Assembly (NCBI GenBank): GCA_022449705.1
Contig: JAKURS010000002.1
Coordinates: 1 to 34,357 of the forward strand
Source of the DNA: Candidatus Poseidoniia archaeon
GTDB taxonomy: Archaea > Thermoplasmatota > Poseidoniia > MGIII > CG-Epi1
Length of the DNA: 34,357 nucleotides
Direction: 5' to 3'
Part shown: positions 26,685-34,357 of the stretch, in pieces
Numbering within the stretch: the stretch's first letter is position 1
Layout of the letters: each line of letters starts with the position of its first letter
Program-made: the position numbers and the translations under genes
The notes under the pieces: generated by a model
Database searches by the model: none
The model's input: only the letters and a program-made list of their open reading frames with translations
Told to the model about the DNA's origin: nothing

Positions 26685-29600
26685 GAGCGGTCCTCCAGCC
26701 GCAGCTTGGCAGCGATTCCGAGTGACTTCAGCTCCTCGAGCAGCAGTTTGAAGGCGTACGACATGTCGACCGGATAGATGGCGGTGTTGTCCCCCATCGG
26801 TGAGGTGAGCACCCCGCGCCGGTCCTTGTACGCCAGATGGCCCGAGCGCCCGTCGACGAACTGGGTGGTCTTGTCGCTCTCGTCAAGCAGCCGGTCCTTG
26901 ATGACCATCGCGGCACCATGGCCGATGAGGCAGTCGCGCTCCATTTCGCCGAACCGCAGGCCACCCATACGGGCACGCCCTTCGGTCGGCTGGCGCGTCA
27001 GCAGCTGCATCGGCCCGCGACTGCGCGCGTGCATCTTGCCGCTGACCATATGGTGCAGTTTCAGGTAGTAGATGACACCGATGAAGATATCAGCGTCGAT
27101 GCGACGGCCAGTCTGCCCGTCGTAGAGCGACTCGCGGCCGGAGTGCTTGAAGCCGCAGCCGGCCAGCTCGCCACGCAGGTCGTATTCCTTCTCGCCTGAG
27201 AAGGCACTGCCGTCGATGAATCGCCCGGTCATGGCGCCCACCTTGCCGCCGACCATCTCCAGCACGTGTGCGATGGTCATGCGGCTCGGGATGGCGTGCG
27301 GATTGATAATCAGGTCCGGGACGACGCCAGTGGCGGTGAAGGGCATCCCCTCCGGGGGGACGATGTGGCCAATGACCCCTTTCTGGCCGTGCCGGCTGGC
27401 GAACTTGTCGCCCAGCTCGGGGATGCGCTGGTCGCGAACACGGATGCGCGCGATGCGCGACCCGTTTTCGGTCTCGGAAAGCATTACCGAGTCAACGGTG
27501 CCTTTCTCACCGTGGCGCACTGTCAGCGACGACTCGCGTACACGTTGCGGTGTCATGAAGTCGGTCGGCTCGGAAAGGAAGCGGGGCGGGCTGGTCTTGC
27601 CGATGAGCACCTCGCGGCCGTGTAGCTCCACTTCGGGGTAAATCAGTCCGTCTTCCTCCAGGTTGAAGTACGCCTCCTCGGAGCGCGCGCCGCGCACTTC
27701 CGGGTCGGGAATGAGAAAGCGGTCTTCCTGTCCGCCGGGGTAGCGCCGCTCCTCGGAAATGTAGGAGCGCATGAAGCTGGAACGGCCGAGGCCGCGGTCA
27801 ATCGAGCCGCGGTTGAAGATGAGCGCGTCCTCCATGTTGTAACCGTGGTAGCTCATTATCGCCACGACCATGTTCTGACCCGCGGGACGCGTGAGTAGGG
27901 TGTTATGTTTCATCGCCTCGGTCTGCACCATTGGCTTCTGGGAATAGTGCAGCAGGTGGCCGCGCGTGTCGGGCCGCAGCCGGTAGTTGGACTGCCCCAT
28001 GCCGAGCGACTGCTTTGACATGCCGGCGCCCATCGTGCAGCGCGGTGAGGAGTTGTACTCCGGGAAGGGGACGTTAGAGGTAGCGACGCCCAGAATGACC
28101 ATCGGGTCAACCTCCATGTGGGTGTAGGCGTGCGTTTTCCGGTTGCGTTTCAGATCTTCCTCGTTAAGCGCGATGAGGCAATCCTCCTCCTCTTCGGCGT
28201 CGATGTACTCGACCAGCCCCATGTCGAGCAGGTCATTCCAGACCAGTTTCCCCGCCTCGAGGCGGTCGAGGTGCTTTTGTCCGAGCGCCAGTTTATTGTT
28301 GCGGTGAATCAGCAGCAGCGGCCGCCGGATACGCCCCGGATCGCTGTTGACCAGCACGTCGTTGAGCGACTCGTCATGCCGTACGTTGACCGTGTGGCTC
28401 AGGCGTGCCTGTCTCCGCAGCCCCCTCAGCCTTTCGACTAGGTTGCGTGGTTTAGGCGTGCAGCCCGCTAGGTCGCCATTGAAGTAGACCTTGCCCCACC
28501 CCTCCTGCAGGTTCTCGAGCGGCTGCATGTCCAGCTCACGTAGCGTTTCAAGCACCTCGCCGAGGGGGATGTTTTCCGAAACGTCAATCATCAGCGCTAG
28601 GTTCTTCACCAGCCCGCAGTTCTGTCCCTCCGGCGTTTCGTTAGGGCAGAGTCGCCCGAACTGGGTCGAGTGCAGGTCGCGTGCTTGGAAGTGGGGCTGG
28701 CTGCGCGTCAGTGGCGAGATGACCCGCCGCAAGTGGCTCAGCGTTGCCATGTTGCAGGTACGGTCGAGCAGCTGCGACACACCGGCGCGGCCGCCAATCC
28801 AGTTACCAGTCGCCATGGCGTGCATGATTTTGTTGGTCAGGACGTCGCGCCGGATAGCGTTCTTGACCCGCTTTTCCTTGCGCTTGGTGTAGGAGCGCTC
28901 CATCTGGTATTTCATGTCGTTGAGCAGTGCCTGCAGACCGGCGCGGAACAATTCCTCCATCAGGTTACCCGCCAGTTTGAGCCGCTTGTTGGCGTAGTGG
29001 TCCTTGTCATCCGGCTGTCGCGTCCCGATATGCAGTTCCAGTACCTCGCGCGCCATGCGCCCCAGGAAGAGCGCCTTCTTGTACCGCACCTCCAGGCTGG
29101 TTGAGAGGTGTGGCAGCAGGGTATTGTCGAGGATGTAGTTGATGCGTTTGCGCCGGTACTCCTTGGACTGCCCGGCTGCAAAGCGTCGCTCCAGGTATTC
29201 CAGAGCTTCCTCGGTGGTGTAGACCTGCTCTTCGCGGTGGATGCCCTCTATGTTGGCCAGGACAAGGTTTCGAGTCGCCTCTTCATTGGTGATGGCGCTC
29301 ATGATATCGTCAGCAGATTCCATTCCCAGCGCCATCATCAGCACCACCAGCGGAACACCTCCCGAGGCGACGGGGATGGAAACGTGCAGGATGCCATCCT
29401 TTTTTTTCTCGACCATGGTCAGCGCGCGGAACCCTTCACGCTGCGAGAACACCTTGGCGAACTCGGTCTGCCGCTGGTACCGTGCTTCGCGCTCGACCAT
29501 CACCCGGTTGGGTGCCAGGTCTTCGAGGCATACGAGCACCCGTTCGGTGCCGTTGATAACGAAGTAGCCGCCCGGGTCTTCCGGGTCCTCCTTCTCCAGT

Positions 29601-30154
29601 TGCAGGATAGCGGTGTACTCATCATCGGTAAAGCCCCCATTGGGCCCCAGCCGCTCTTCGTACTTGGTGTGCAGGTATTCGCTCTCCCGCTGCAGGTTGC
29701 AGCGCATTGACTTGACCTGCACCGGCATCATCCCAATTTCCTCCTCCCCTCCCTCGATTTCGAGATCTTCCTCGATAACGCTGAACTCCAGGAAGATAGG
29801 TGCAGCGTAGGTGAGGTTGCGCAGCCGTGCCATCATCGGCGTTGACATCGACTGCGAGCCGTTAGCCTCGACCACCATCGGCTGCCCCATGCGTACCTTG
29901 CCAAGCTTCACAATCACGTCCAGGTCGCCTAGCTCGAGCCGGATCGAGCCGCGCATGCTCTCGTCTGCGCCGACGGTAATGTTGTTGATAACGCGTTGCA
30001 TCCAAGGCGCGCGATTGCCTTTGTGCGGCAGGAAATCATTGAACGAGCCCAGCTGGTGGTTCACCAGTGCCGCGCTCGAACCTGCCGTGCTCTTGCTCTG
30101 GAAGAAAGCCTTGATAAGCGGGTGGGACTCACTCTGCCCCCGCGTCTGTGTCAT
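26681..30154 (-). CDS. rpoB: DNA-directed RNA polymerase subunit B (unsplit)
   Basis: DPGGYFVINGTERV, DDKDHYANKRL, CPNETPEGQNCGLVKN, GDKFASRHGQKG, NPHAIPSRMT, RQPTEGRARMGGLRFGEMERD. Confidence 0.99.
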   Translation of the reverse strand: MTQTRGQSESHPLIKAFFQSKSTAGSSAALVNHQLGSFNDFLPHKGNRAPWMQRVINNITVGADESMRGSIRLELGDLDVIVKLGKVRMGQPMVVEANGSQSMSTPMMARLRNLTYAAPIFLEFSVIEEDLEIEGGEEEIGMMPVQVKSMRCNLQRESEYLHTKYEERLGPNGGFTDDEYTAILQLEKEDPEDPGGYFVINGTERVLVCLEDLAPNRVMVEREARYQRQTEFAKVFSQREGFRALTMVEKKKDGILHVSIPVASGGVPLVVLMMALGMESADDIMSAITNEEATRNLVLANIEGIHREEQVYTTEEALEYLERRFAAGQSKEYRRKRINYILDNTLLPHLSTSLEVRYKKALFLGRMAREVLELHIGTRQPDDKDHYANKRLKLAGNLMEELFRAGLQALLNDMKYQMERSYTKRKEKRVKNAIRRDVLTNKIMHAMATGNWIGGRAGVSQLLDRTCNMATLSHLRRVISPLTRSQPHFQARDLHSTQFGRLCPNETPEGQNCGLVKNLALMIDVSENIPLGEVLETLRELDMQPLENLQEGWGKVYFNGDLAGCTPKPRNLVERLRGLRRQARLSHTVNVRHDESLNDVLVNSDPGRIRRPLLLIHRNNKLALGQKHLDRLEAGKLVWNDLLDMGLVEYIDAEEEEDCLIALNEEDLKRNRKTHAYTHMEVDPMVILGVATSNVPFPEYNSSPRCTMGAGMSKQSLGMGQSNYRLRPDTRGHLLHYSQKPMVQTEAMKHNTLLTRPAGQNMVVAIMSYHGYNMEDALIFNRGSIDRGLGRSSFMRSYISEERRYPGGQEDRFLIPDPEVRGARSEEAYFNLEEDGLIYPEVELHGREVLIGKTSPPRFLSEPTDFMTPQRVRESSLTVRHGEKGTVDSVMLSETENGSRIARIRVRDQRIPELGDKFASRHGQKGVIGHIVPPEGMPFTATGVVPDLIINPHAIPSRMTIAHVLEMVGGKVGAMTGRFIDGSAFSGEKEYDLRGELAGCGFKHSGRESLYDGQTGRRIDADIFIGVIYYLKLHHMVSGKMHARSRGPMQLLTRQPTEGRARMGGLRFGEMERDCLIGHGAAMVIKDRLLDESDKTTQFVDGRSGHLAYKDRRGVLTSPMGDNTAIYPVDMSYAFKLLLEELKSLGIAAKLRLEDRS

Positions 30155-30381
30155 TCCACCACCCTGCGGTACGCCAGGTTTACCCCGGCTCGCCCGCTGA
30201 CTCGCTCGATTTCGATGATATCGCCCGTGGCGATTTCCTCGCTCAGTGCCTGTACTGCCGGGTCGGTTATCATGATTTTGGGCAGCTGCTCGGCCTCTAT
30301 GTTCAACACCGCCAGCTTGCCAGCCGCCTCTCTTGGCTCCAGCCGTCGGTGCCTAGGCACCAGCTTATGAAGCCACAGCAA
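30151..30381 (-). CDS. rpoH: DNA-directed RNA polymerase subunit H (start uncertain)
   Basis: HKLVPRH, QLPKIMITDPAV, GDIIEIERVS...G...YRRVV; ATGA overlap with rpoB. Confidence 0.93.
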   Translation of the reverse strand: MLWLHKLVPRHRRLEPREAAGKLAVLNIEAEQLPKIMITDPAVQALSEEIATGDIIEIERVSGRAGVNLAYRRVVE

Positions 30382-30435
30382 TTCATCTCCCAGACCGCTT
30401 CACCTTCCTCACCGCGCTTGCTCGCCAACTACCGG

Positions 30436-30509
30436 CGGGCCTGAAGGGATTCGAACCCTTGACCGTCCGGTTAAAAGCCGGACGCTCTACCTGGCTAAGC
30501 TACAGGCCC
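30436..30509 (-). tRNA. tRNA-Lys (anticodon UUU), no intron, CCA not encoded
   Basis: Minus strand reads GGGCCTGTAGCTTAGCCAGGTAGAGCGTCCGGCTTTTAACCGGACGGTCAAGGGTTCGAATCCCTTCAGGCCCG: 7-bp acceptor stem, anticodon arm TCCGG-CTTTTAA-CCGGA, TTCGAAT T-loop. Confidence 0.97.
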
Positions 30510-30554
30510 TTCTACGCGCCGCCGACACCCTGGGAGCGGGTCGCCAAACTAGGG

Positions 30555-30672
30555 GGCTATTTAAGAATTGCCAGTTTTTACCCGCCTGACGGGTCTTTCC
30601 ACGACAGCGGGAGCCCTTTTGTCACTCCTGAAACAGCGCCCGCGAGGGTTTCGCAGCCACCATTATAAAACC
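30555..30672. promoter_or_regulatory. Divergent promoters for the tRNA-Lys/rpo operon (-) and glpX-fba (+)
   Basis: Minus-strand TTAAATA at about 30558-30564 upstream of the tRNA; plus-strand TTATAAAA at 30663-30670, 19 nt before glpX ATG 30690. Confidence 0.65.
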
Positions 30673-30689
30673 GTGTGCAATCGCGGCGC

Positions 30690-31643
30690 ATGGGGCCCGT
30701 GGCAGAGCTGGCGCCGGAGTTCCTGCGCGCCACTGAGGCAGCTGCTATCGCCGCTGGACACATGCGCGGTTGCGGTGACAACAAGGCGGCTGACGCCGCC
30801 GCGGTGGCTGCGATGCGTGCCGTCTTCAATACGATTGCCTTCGATGGCCGCGTCGCGATTGGCGAGGGCGAGCGCGACGAGGCGCCAATGCTCTGGATTG
30901 GTGAGCCGCTCGGCTCACGTCAGGATGACCCAGAGGCGGTGGCGGTCGATATCGCGGTTGACCCGCTCGAGTGCACCAACAACTGCGCTCGCAATGAACC
31001 CGACGCACTGGCGGTAATGGCGGCGGCGCCGCGCGGTGCGCTGTTGCACGCGCCCGACTGCTACATGAACAAGATTGCAGGCCCGCCGGAGCTGGCCGGT
31101 CACGTCAGTCTCGATGCGCCTGTTGCTGACAATTTGGCTGCAGCGGCGGATGTGCTGGGGAAGCCATTATCCGAGGTCCGGGTCATCGTCCTGAAGCGAC
31201 CGCGCCATGAGCGGCTGATTACCGAAATCCGTGCGGCCGGCGCGCGACTGTGGCTGATTGGCGACGGTGACATCGCGGGTGCGCTGCGCGCTGCGACCGG
31301 CGAAGCCGACCTGCTGATGGGCATTGGCGCCGCGCCCGAGGGGGTTTTCGCTGCCACCGCGCTGCGCGGCATCGGCGGTGTCTTCGAGGGGCGACTCCAT
31401 TTCCACGAGCCGGAGTTCAGGGCACGCGCGGTCGAGATGCTGGGTGACGACGTCGACCGGCTCTGGCAGCGCGATGAGCTCTGCACGTCGGACGACGCGG
31501 TTTTTGTCGCTACCGGTGTCTGCGACGGCTGGTTGCCCGGGCCCAGGGCCGGGGAAGGCGGGACAGTTACGACCAGCCGCGTTATCTTCGTCGCTGACAG
31601 CCGTGACGAAGTAATCCGGCACGAGCACGCGCCAGTCTCTTAA
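30690..31643 (+). CDS. glpX: Fructose-1,6-bisphosphatase class II
   Basis: ATEAAAIAA, IGEGERDEAPML, DIAVDPLE, YMNK, RPRH, DGD, MGIGAAPEG, ATGVCDG. Start set at ATG 30690 from TATA spacing. Confidence 0.95.
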   Translation: MGPVAELAPEFLRATEAAAIAAGHMRGCGDNKAADAAAVAAMRAVFNTIAFDGRVAIGEGERDEAPMLWIGEPLGSRQDDPEAVAVDIAVDPLECTNNCARNEPDALAVMAAAPRGALLHAPDCYMNKIAGPPELAGHVSLDAPVADNLAAAADVLGKPLSEVRVIVLKRPRHERLITEIRAAGARLWLIGDGDIAGALRAATGEADLLMGIGAAPEGVFAATALRGIGGVFEGRLHFHEPEFRARAVEMLGDDVDRLWQRDELCTSDDAVFVATGVCDGWLPGPRAGEGGTVTTSRVIFVADSRDEVIRHEHAPVS

Positions 31644-31664
31644 GCCGCGCGAGCCTCGGGGCAC

Positions 31665-32684
31665 ATGGACAGGGTGGCACTCGAAGCGACGGCCCACGCA
31701 CTGGCGGCACCGGGCAAGGGCATCCTGGCGGCGGATGAGTCGACCCCCACGATGGGCAAGCGCCTTTTGCAGGTGGGGATGCCGAACGAGGAGCGGCTGC
31801 GGCGCGAGTTCCGCGAGACGCTCTTCACCGCGCCGGGAATGGAGGAATTTATTTCCGGCGTCATCCTGTTCGACGAAACGCTACGGCAGTCAGCCAGCGA
31901 CGGCCGCGGCATGGCTGAAATCCTGCAGTCGACAGGAGTAATCCCCGGCATCAAGGTCGACGGCGGTGCGCACCCGATGGACGGCGCGCCGGACGAGAAG
32001 CTGACCGCCGGTCTGGACGGGCTGGCAGAGCGATGCGCCGAGTACTACGCACTGGGCGCTCGCTTCGACAAGTGGCGCGCCGTGATTACCATTGGCGATA
32101 CCTTGCCGAGCGCGGCATGCGTGCAGGCCAATGCTGACGCGCTGGCTGACTACGCCCGCATCTCGCAGGACGCCGGGCTGGTGCCGATTGTCGAACCAGA
32201 GGTGATGATGGACGGCAACCATTCCATTGGCCGCTGCTACAAAGTTACGGAATGGACGCTCAACACAGTCTACGCGGCGCTCGCGGACCGCGGAGTGCAC
32301 CTGCCGGGCACTCTTCTGAAACCGAACATGGTCATCTCCGCCAACGATGCCGATGACCGCGTCGGCGTCGAAGAGGTCGCACGTAAGACGCTGCGCTGCC
32401 TCAAGGCAACCGTCCCGGCCGAGGTGCCGGGCGTCATGTTCCTCTCCGGTGGCCAGTCGGAGCAGGAGGCGACGGCGCACCTGAATGCGATGAACGCCAT
32501 AGGCGGCGGGCCGTGGGAGCTCTCGTTCTCGTACGGCCGCGCGCTGCAGCAGTCGGCGCTCTACGCGTGGGGCGGTGATTCAGCCAACTGTACAGTGGCA
32601 CAGGCGGCGTTCCTGCATCGCGCACGGCTCAATGGCGCCGCGCGTTACGGCCGCTACGCGACGGAGATGGAAGCGGAGGCCTGA
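31665..32684 (+). CDS. fba: Fructose-bisphosphate aldolase class I (eukaryote/bacteria-like Schiff-base type)
   Basis: GKGILAADES, ISGVILFDETL, GIKVDGG, KWRAVI, VPIVEPEV, TLLKPNMV, FLSGGQSE, LSFSYGRALQ. Confidence 0.96.
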   Translation: MDRVALEATAHALAAPGKGILAADESTPTMGKRLLQVGMPNEERLRREFRETLFTAPGMEEFISGVILFDETLRQSASDGRGMAEILQSTGVIPGIKVDGGAHPMDGAPDEKLTAGLDGLAERCAEYYALGARFDKWRAVITIGDTLPSAACVQANADALADYARISQDAGLVPIVEPEVMMDGNHSIGRCYKVTEWTLNTVYAALADRGVHLPGTLLKPNMVISANDADDRVGVEEVARKTLRCLKATVPAEVPGVMFLSGGQSEQEATAHLNAMNAIGGGPWELSFSYGRALQQSALYAWGGDSANCTVAQAAFLHRARLNGAARYGRYATEMEAEA

Positions 32685-33032
32685 ATGGACGAATCGGTAA
32701 GGAAGGGGCTGTTGGTAACCGGCGTCCTAATCCTGCTCTACAATGGTGTTGTATTTCTCCAGCTCGAGCGCGGAGAGCGTTGTTACTATGGTATTCTTGA
32801 GGAGATGCAGACAGGCGATAACTCCAGCATAAAATCGGGTGTTGATCTGCTTCAGAGATACCGGGATTGCGGGTTAGTGGAAAGTGATAATGACCAGATA
32901 GCTATTCAGGAAGATTTGAGTGTATGGACGCACCATGAAGTTGCCAAGGAACAACGAAAGGCCGTTAACTTGGTGATAGTTGGCGTGGGCCTAATTTCAG
33001 TCTGGTATTTCTCCAGACTGGAAGAAAGTTAG
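32685..33032 (+). CDS. Hypothetical protein with two TM helices
   Basis: ATG immediately after the fba stop; hydrophobic segments near both ends; two Cys in the loop; visibly more A+T-rich than its neighbours. Confidence 0.7.
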   Translation: MDESVRKGLLVTGVLILLYNGVVFLQLERGERCYYGILEEMQTGDNSSIKSGVDLLQRYRDCGLVESDNDQIAIQEDLSVWTHHEVAKEQRKAVNLVIVGVGLISVWYFSRLEES

Positions 33033-33042
33033 CGAATCAACT

Positions 33043-33135
33043 TCAGCGAGGCAGGTGAGAGCAACAACAGTCGCCGTCACACCACTTGACACGGACACCC
33101 TGCTCGATTTCGCAGTCGCACTCGGAACAGTGCAT
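33043..33135 (-). CDS. Cys-rich 30-aa metallothionein-like mini-protein
   Basis: Manual translation MHCSECDCEIEQGVRVKWCDGDCCCSHLPR* (7 Cys, 2 His); begins 25 nt after the CDF stop on the same strand; too short for the ORF track. Confidence 0.65.
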   Translation of the reverse strand: MHCSECDCEIEQGVRVKWCDGDCCCSHLPR

Positions 33136-33160
33136 GGACTGCTTGCGATGGGGATGGTGA

Positions 33161-33946
33161 TTAAGCTTGTTCCAGCCCGAGCAGCTCCCGACTGGAATCG
33201 CTCATCAAGCCGAGCGCCCAGCGCGCAATCACAACTCCACCAACGATGCCGACCAGCGGGTCAAGGAATACCAGCGCACCGCCGACCACCATTCCCAGCA
33301 ACAGCGCCAGGATAACGAAAACCGAGATGAGCGCATCGGCGAGCACGTGCAGGTAGGCGCCGCGCAGGTTCAGGTCGGCGATATCCTGCGAACTGGCAAA
33401 GAGCCGTTCAATGCGGGAGAGGATGAACTCGAAATCCTCGGCGTAGGATTGTACCAGCCGGTTCCATTGGCCGTAGTCGCGCAGCGCGTGTTCATGCGCG
33501 TGTGTGTGTCCCTGCTTGCCATGTCCCTGCCCTAGAATCCAGGCACACCATCCGTTGACGAACAGCCCGATGACGGCGACCGGCAGCGCCTGCCCGTAGT
33601 TGATTGCAGGCTGGTCGACAAGGTGGCGGAACGCCTCGTAGCCGATGTAGAGTGCGACGATGCCGAGCACGATGGCGCTCGCGAAGCCACCCAGCGCATT
33701 AGCGCGGCTCGCCTGCGCGCTGCCTTCCTCGATGCTGGGGTGCGCGCGCGTAAAATGGTAGGCGTAGAGCGTGATTCCCAGCGCAGCCGCGTGCGTGCCC
33801 ATGTGCCAGCCGTCAGCGAGCAGTGCCACCGATTTCGTGAACAGGCCGGTGGCGATTTCGACCACCATCATCACCAGTGTGATGGCGACGACGATCTGCG
33901 TGCGCCGCTCGCCGTCCTGCGCTATTACCTGCGGGTCGTCGTGCAT
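33161..33946 (-). CDS. Cation diffusion facilitator, DmeF-like, without cytoplasmic C-terminal domain
   Basis: SVALLADGWHMGTHA (TM2), His-rich loop GHGKQGHTHAHEH, NLRGAYLHVLADA (TM5), LDPLVGIVG; ends just after TM6. Confidence 0.92.
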   Translation of the reverse strand: MHDDPQVIAQDGERRTQIVVAITLVMMVVEIATGLFTKSVALLADGWHMGTHAAALGITLYAYHFTRAHPSIEEGSAQASRANALGGFASAIVLGIVALYIGYEAFRHLVDQPAINYGQALPVAVIGLFVNGWCAWILGQGHGKQGHTHAHEHALRDYGQWNRLVQSYAEDFEFILSRIERLFASSQDIADLNLRGAYLHVLADALISVFVILALLLGMVVGGALVFLDPLVGIVGGVVIARWALGLMSDSSRELLGLEQA

Positions 33947-34002
33947 CGCGGGGCGGCACCCTGCGGCGGCTATAACGCTAGTGTCAGCGAGCCGCGCCGC
34001 GG

Positions 34003-34320
34003 TCAGGACTGTCCTTCCAGGAAGCCGCGGATGCGGTCCTCCAGCTCCGGCTGCCCGACAGGTGGGCTGACGCCCATACGCCGCAGCCGCCCCGCCATCT
34101 CCGCGCTGGTGACGGAATAGATAACCCGCCGCCCGTCGCGCCGCCGCCGCAGGATGCCCGCTTCGACCAGCAGCTGCAGGTGGCGCGATACCGTCGTGCG
34201 GTCACGCCCTGCGACGGCTGCCAGCCGCCCCGCTTCTTGCTCGCCCTCGAGTAGCGCACCGATAATGCGCAGCCGCCGCTCGTCGCCCAGGGCCTTGAAG
34301 AATCGTGCCAGCCCAGCCAT
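34003..34320 (-). CDS. ArsR/SmtB-family transcriptional regulator
   Basis: FFKALGDERRLRII..L, TVSRHLQLLVEAGIL, RDGRRVIYSV winged helix-turn-helix. Confidence 0.93.
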   Translation of the reverse strand: MAGLARFFKALGDERRLRIIGALLEGEQEAGRLAAVAGRDRTTVSRHLQLLVEAGILRRRRDGRRVIYSVTSAEMAGRLRRMGVSPPVGQPELEDRIRGFLEGQS

Positions 34321-34349
34321 ATACTTGTATAAGTGTGCAAATATAAAAG
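34321..34349 (-). promoter_or_regulatory. TATA box and imperfect palindrome (putative ArsR operator)
   Basis: Minus-strand TTTTATAT (34341-34348) lies 20 nt before the ATG. ATACTT-GTAT-AAGTGT (34321-34336) is an imperfect inverted repeat between the TATA box and the start codon. Confidence 0.55.
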
Positions 34350-34357
34350 TATAGGGT

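Noticed and set aside
30436..30509. tRNA-Lys as an integration site for a mobile element
   Set aside because: No integrase and no duplicated tRNA 3' end were seen; both flanks are housekeeping genes.
30580..30602. Small hairpin ACCCG-CCTGA-CGGGT and a single TTTCCAC between the tRNA and glpX promoters
   Set aside because: A 5-bp stem and one 7-mer are expected by chance at this GC content.
33055..33315. ORF-track 86-aa plus-strand ORF
   Set aside because: It is antisense to the CDF 3' end and to the Cys-rich mini-ORF, which has better context support.
5..34354. Numerous overlapping 60-310 aa ORFs in alternative frames or antisense to the called genes
   Set aside because: They are Arg/Ala/Ser/Pro-rich shadows expected in GC-rich coding DNA, with no family motifs.

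Overview
GC-rich archaeal chromosomal window. An unsplit rpoB, archaeal-type valS, rpoH-B-A'-A''-rpl30e, TATA-like boxes about 20-28 nt before start codons and an FG-GAP/CARDB/PKD surface protein point to Thermoplasmatota, probably marine Poseidoniia (MG-II/III); this placement is inference. Left to right: a thiolase cut by the window edge; valS; folP; a 1383-aa surface protein; a translationally coupled fic-smc-scpA-scpB-tatA operon (minus strand); pit plus DUF47; a C39-like peptidase; a thioredoxin-CcdA fusion; transketolase; the RNA polymerase operon headed by tRNA-Lys(UUU); glpX plus class I aldolase; and an ArsR-CDF metal locus. Main unexplained signals: (1) RpoA'' has a ~375-aa N-terminal extension with two HhH-like units around a PUA/EVE-like domain. 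(2) A degenerate Fic protein heads the condensin operon, and its divergent promoter region holds mini-ORB-like repeats and a ~230-nt highly base-paired candidate ncRNA. (3) An unannotated 30-aa, 7-Cys metallothionein-like ORF follows the ArsR-CDF pair. (4) The RpoB zinc ribbon has lost all four Cys. (5) scpB appears to start at CTG. No CRISPR array, rRNA or transposase was seen.
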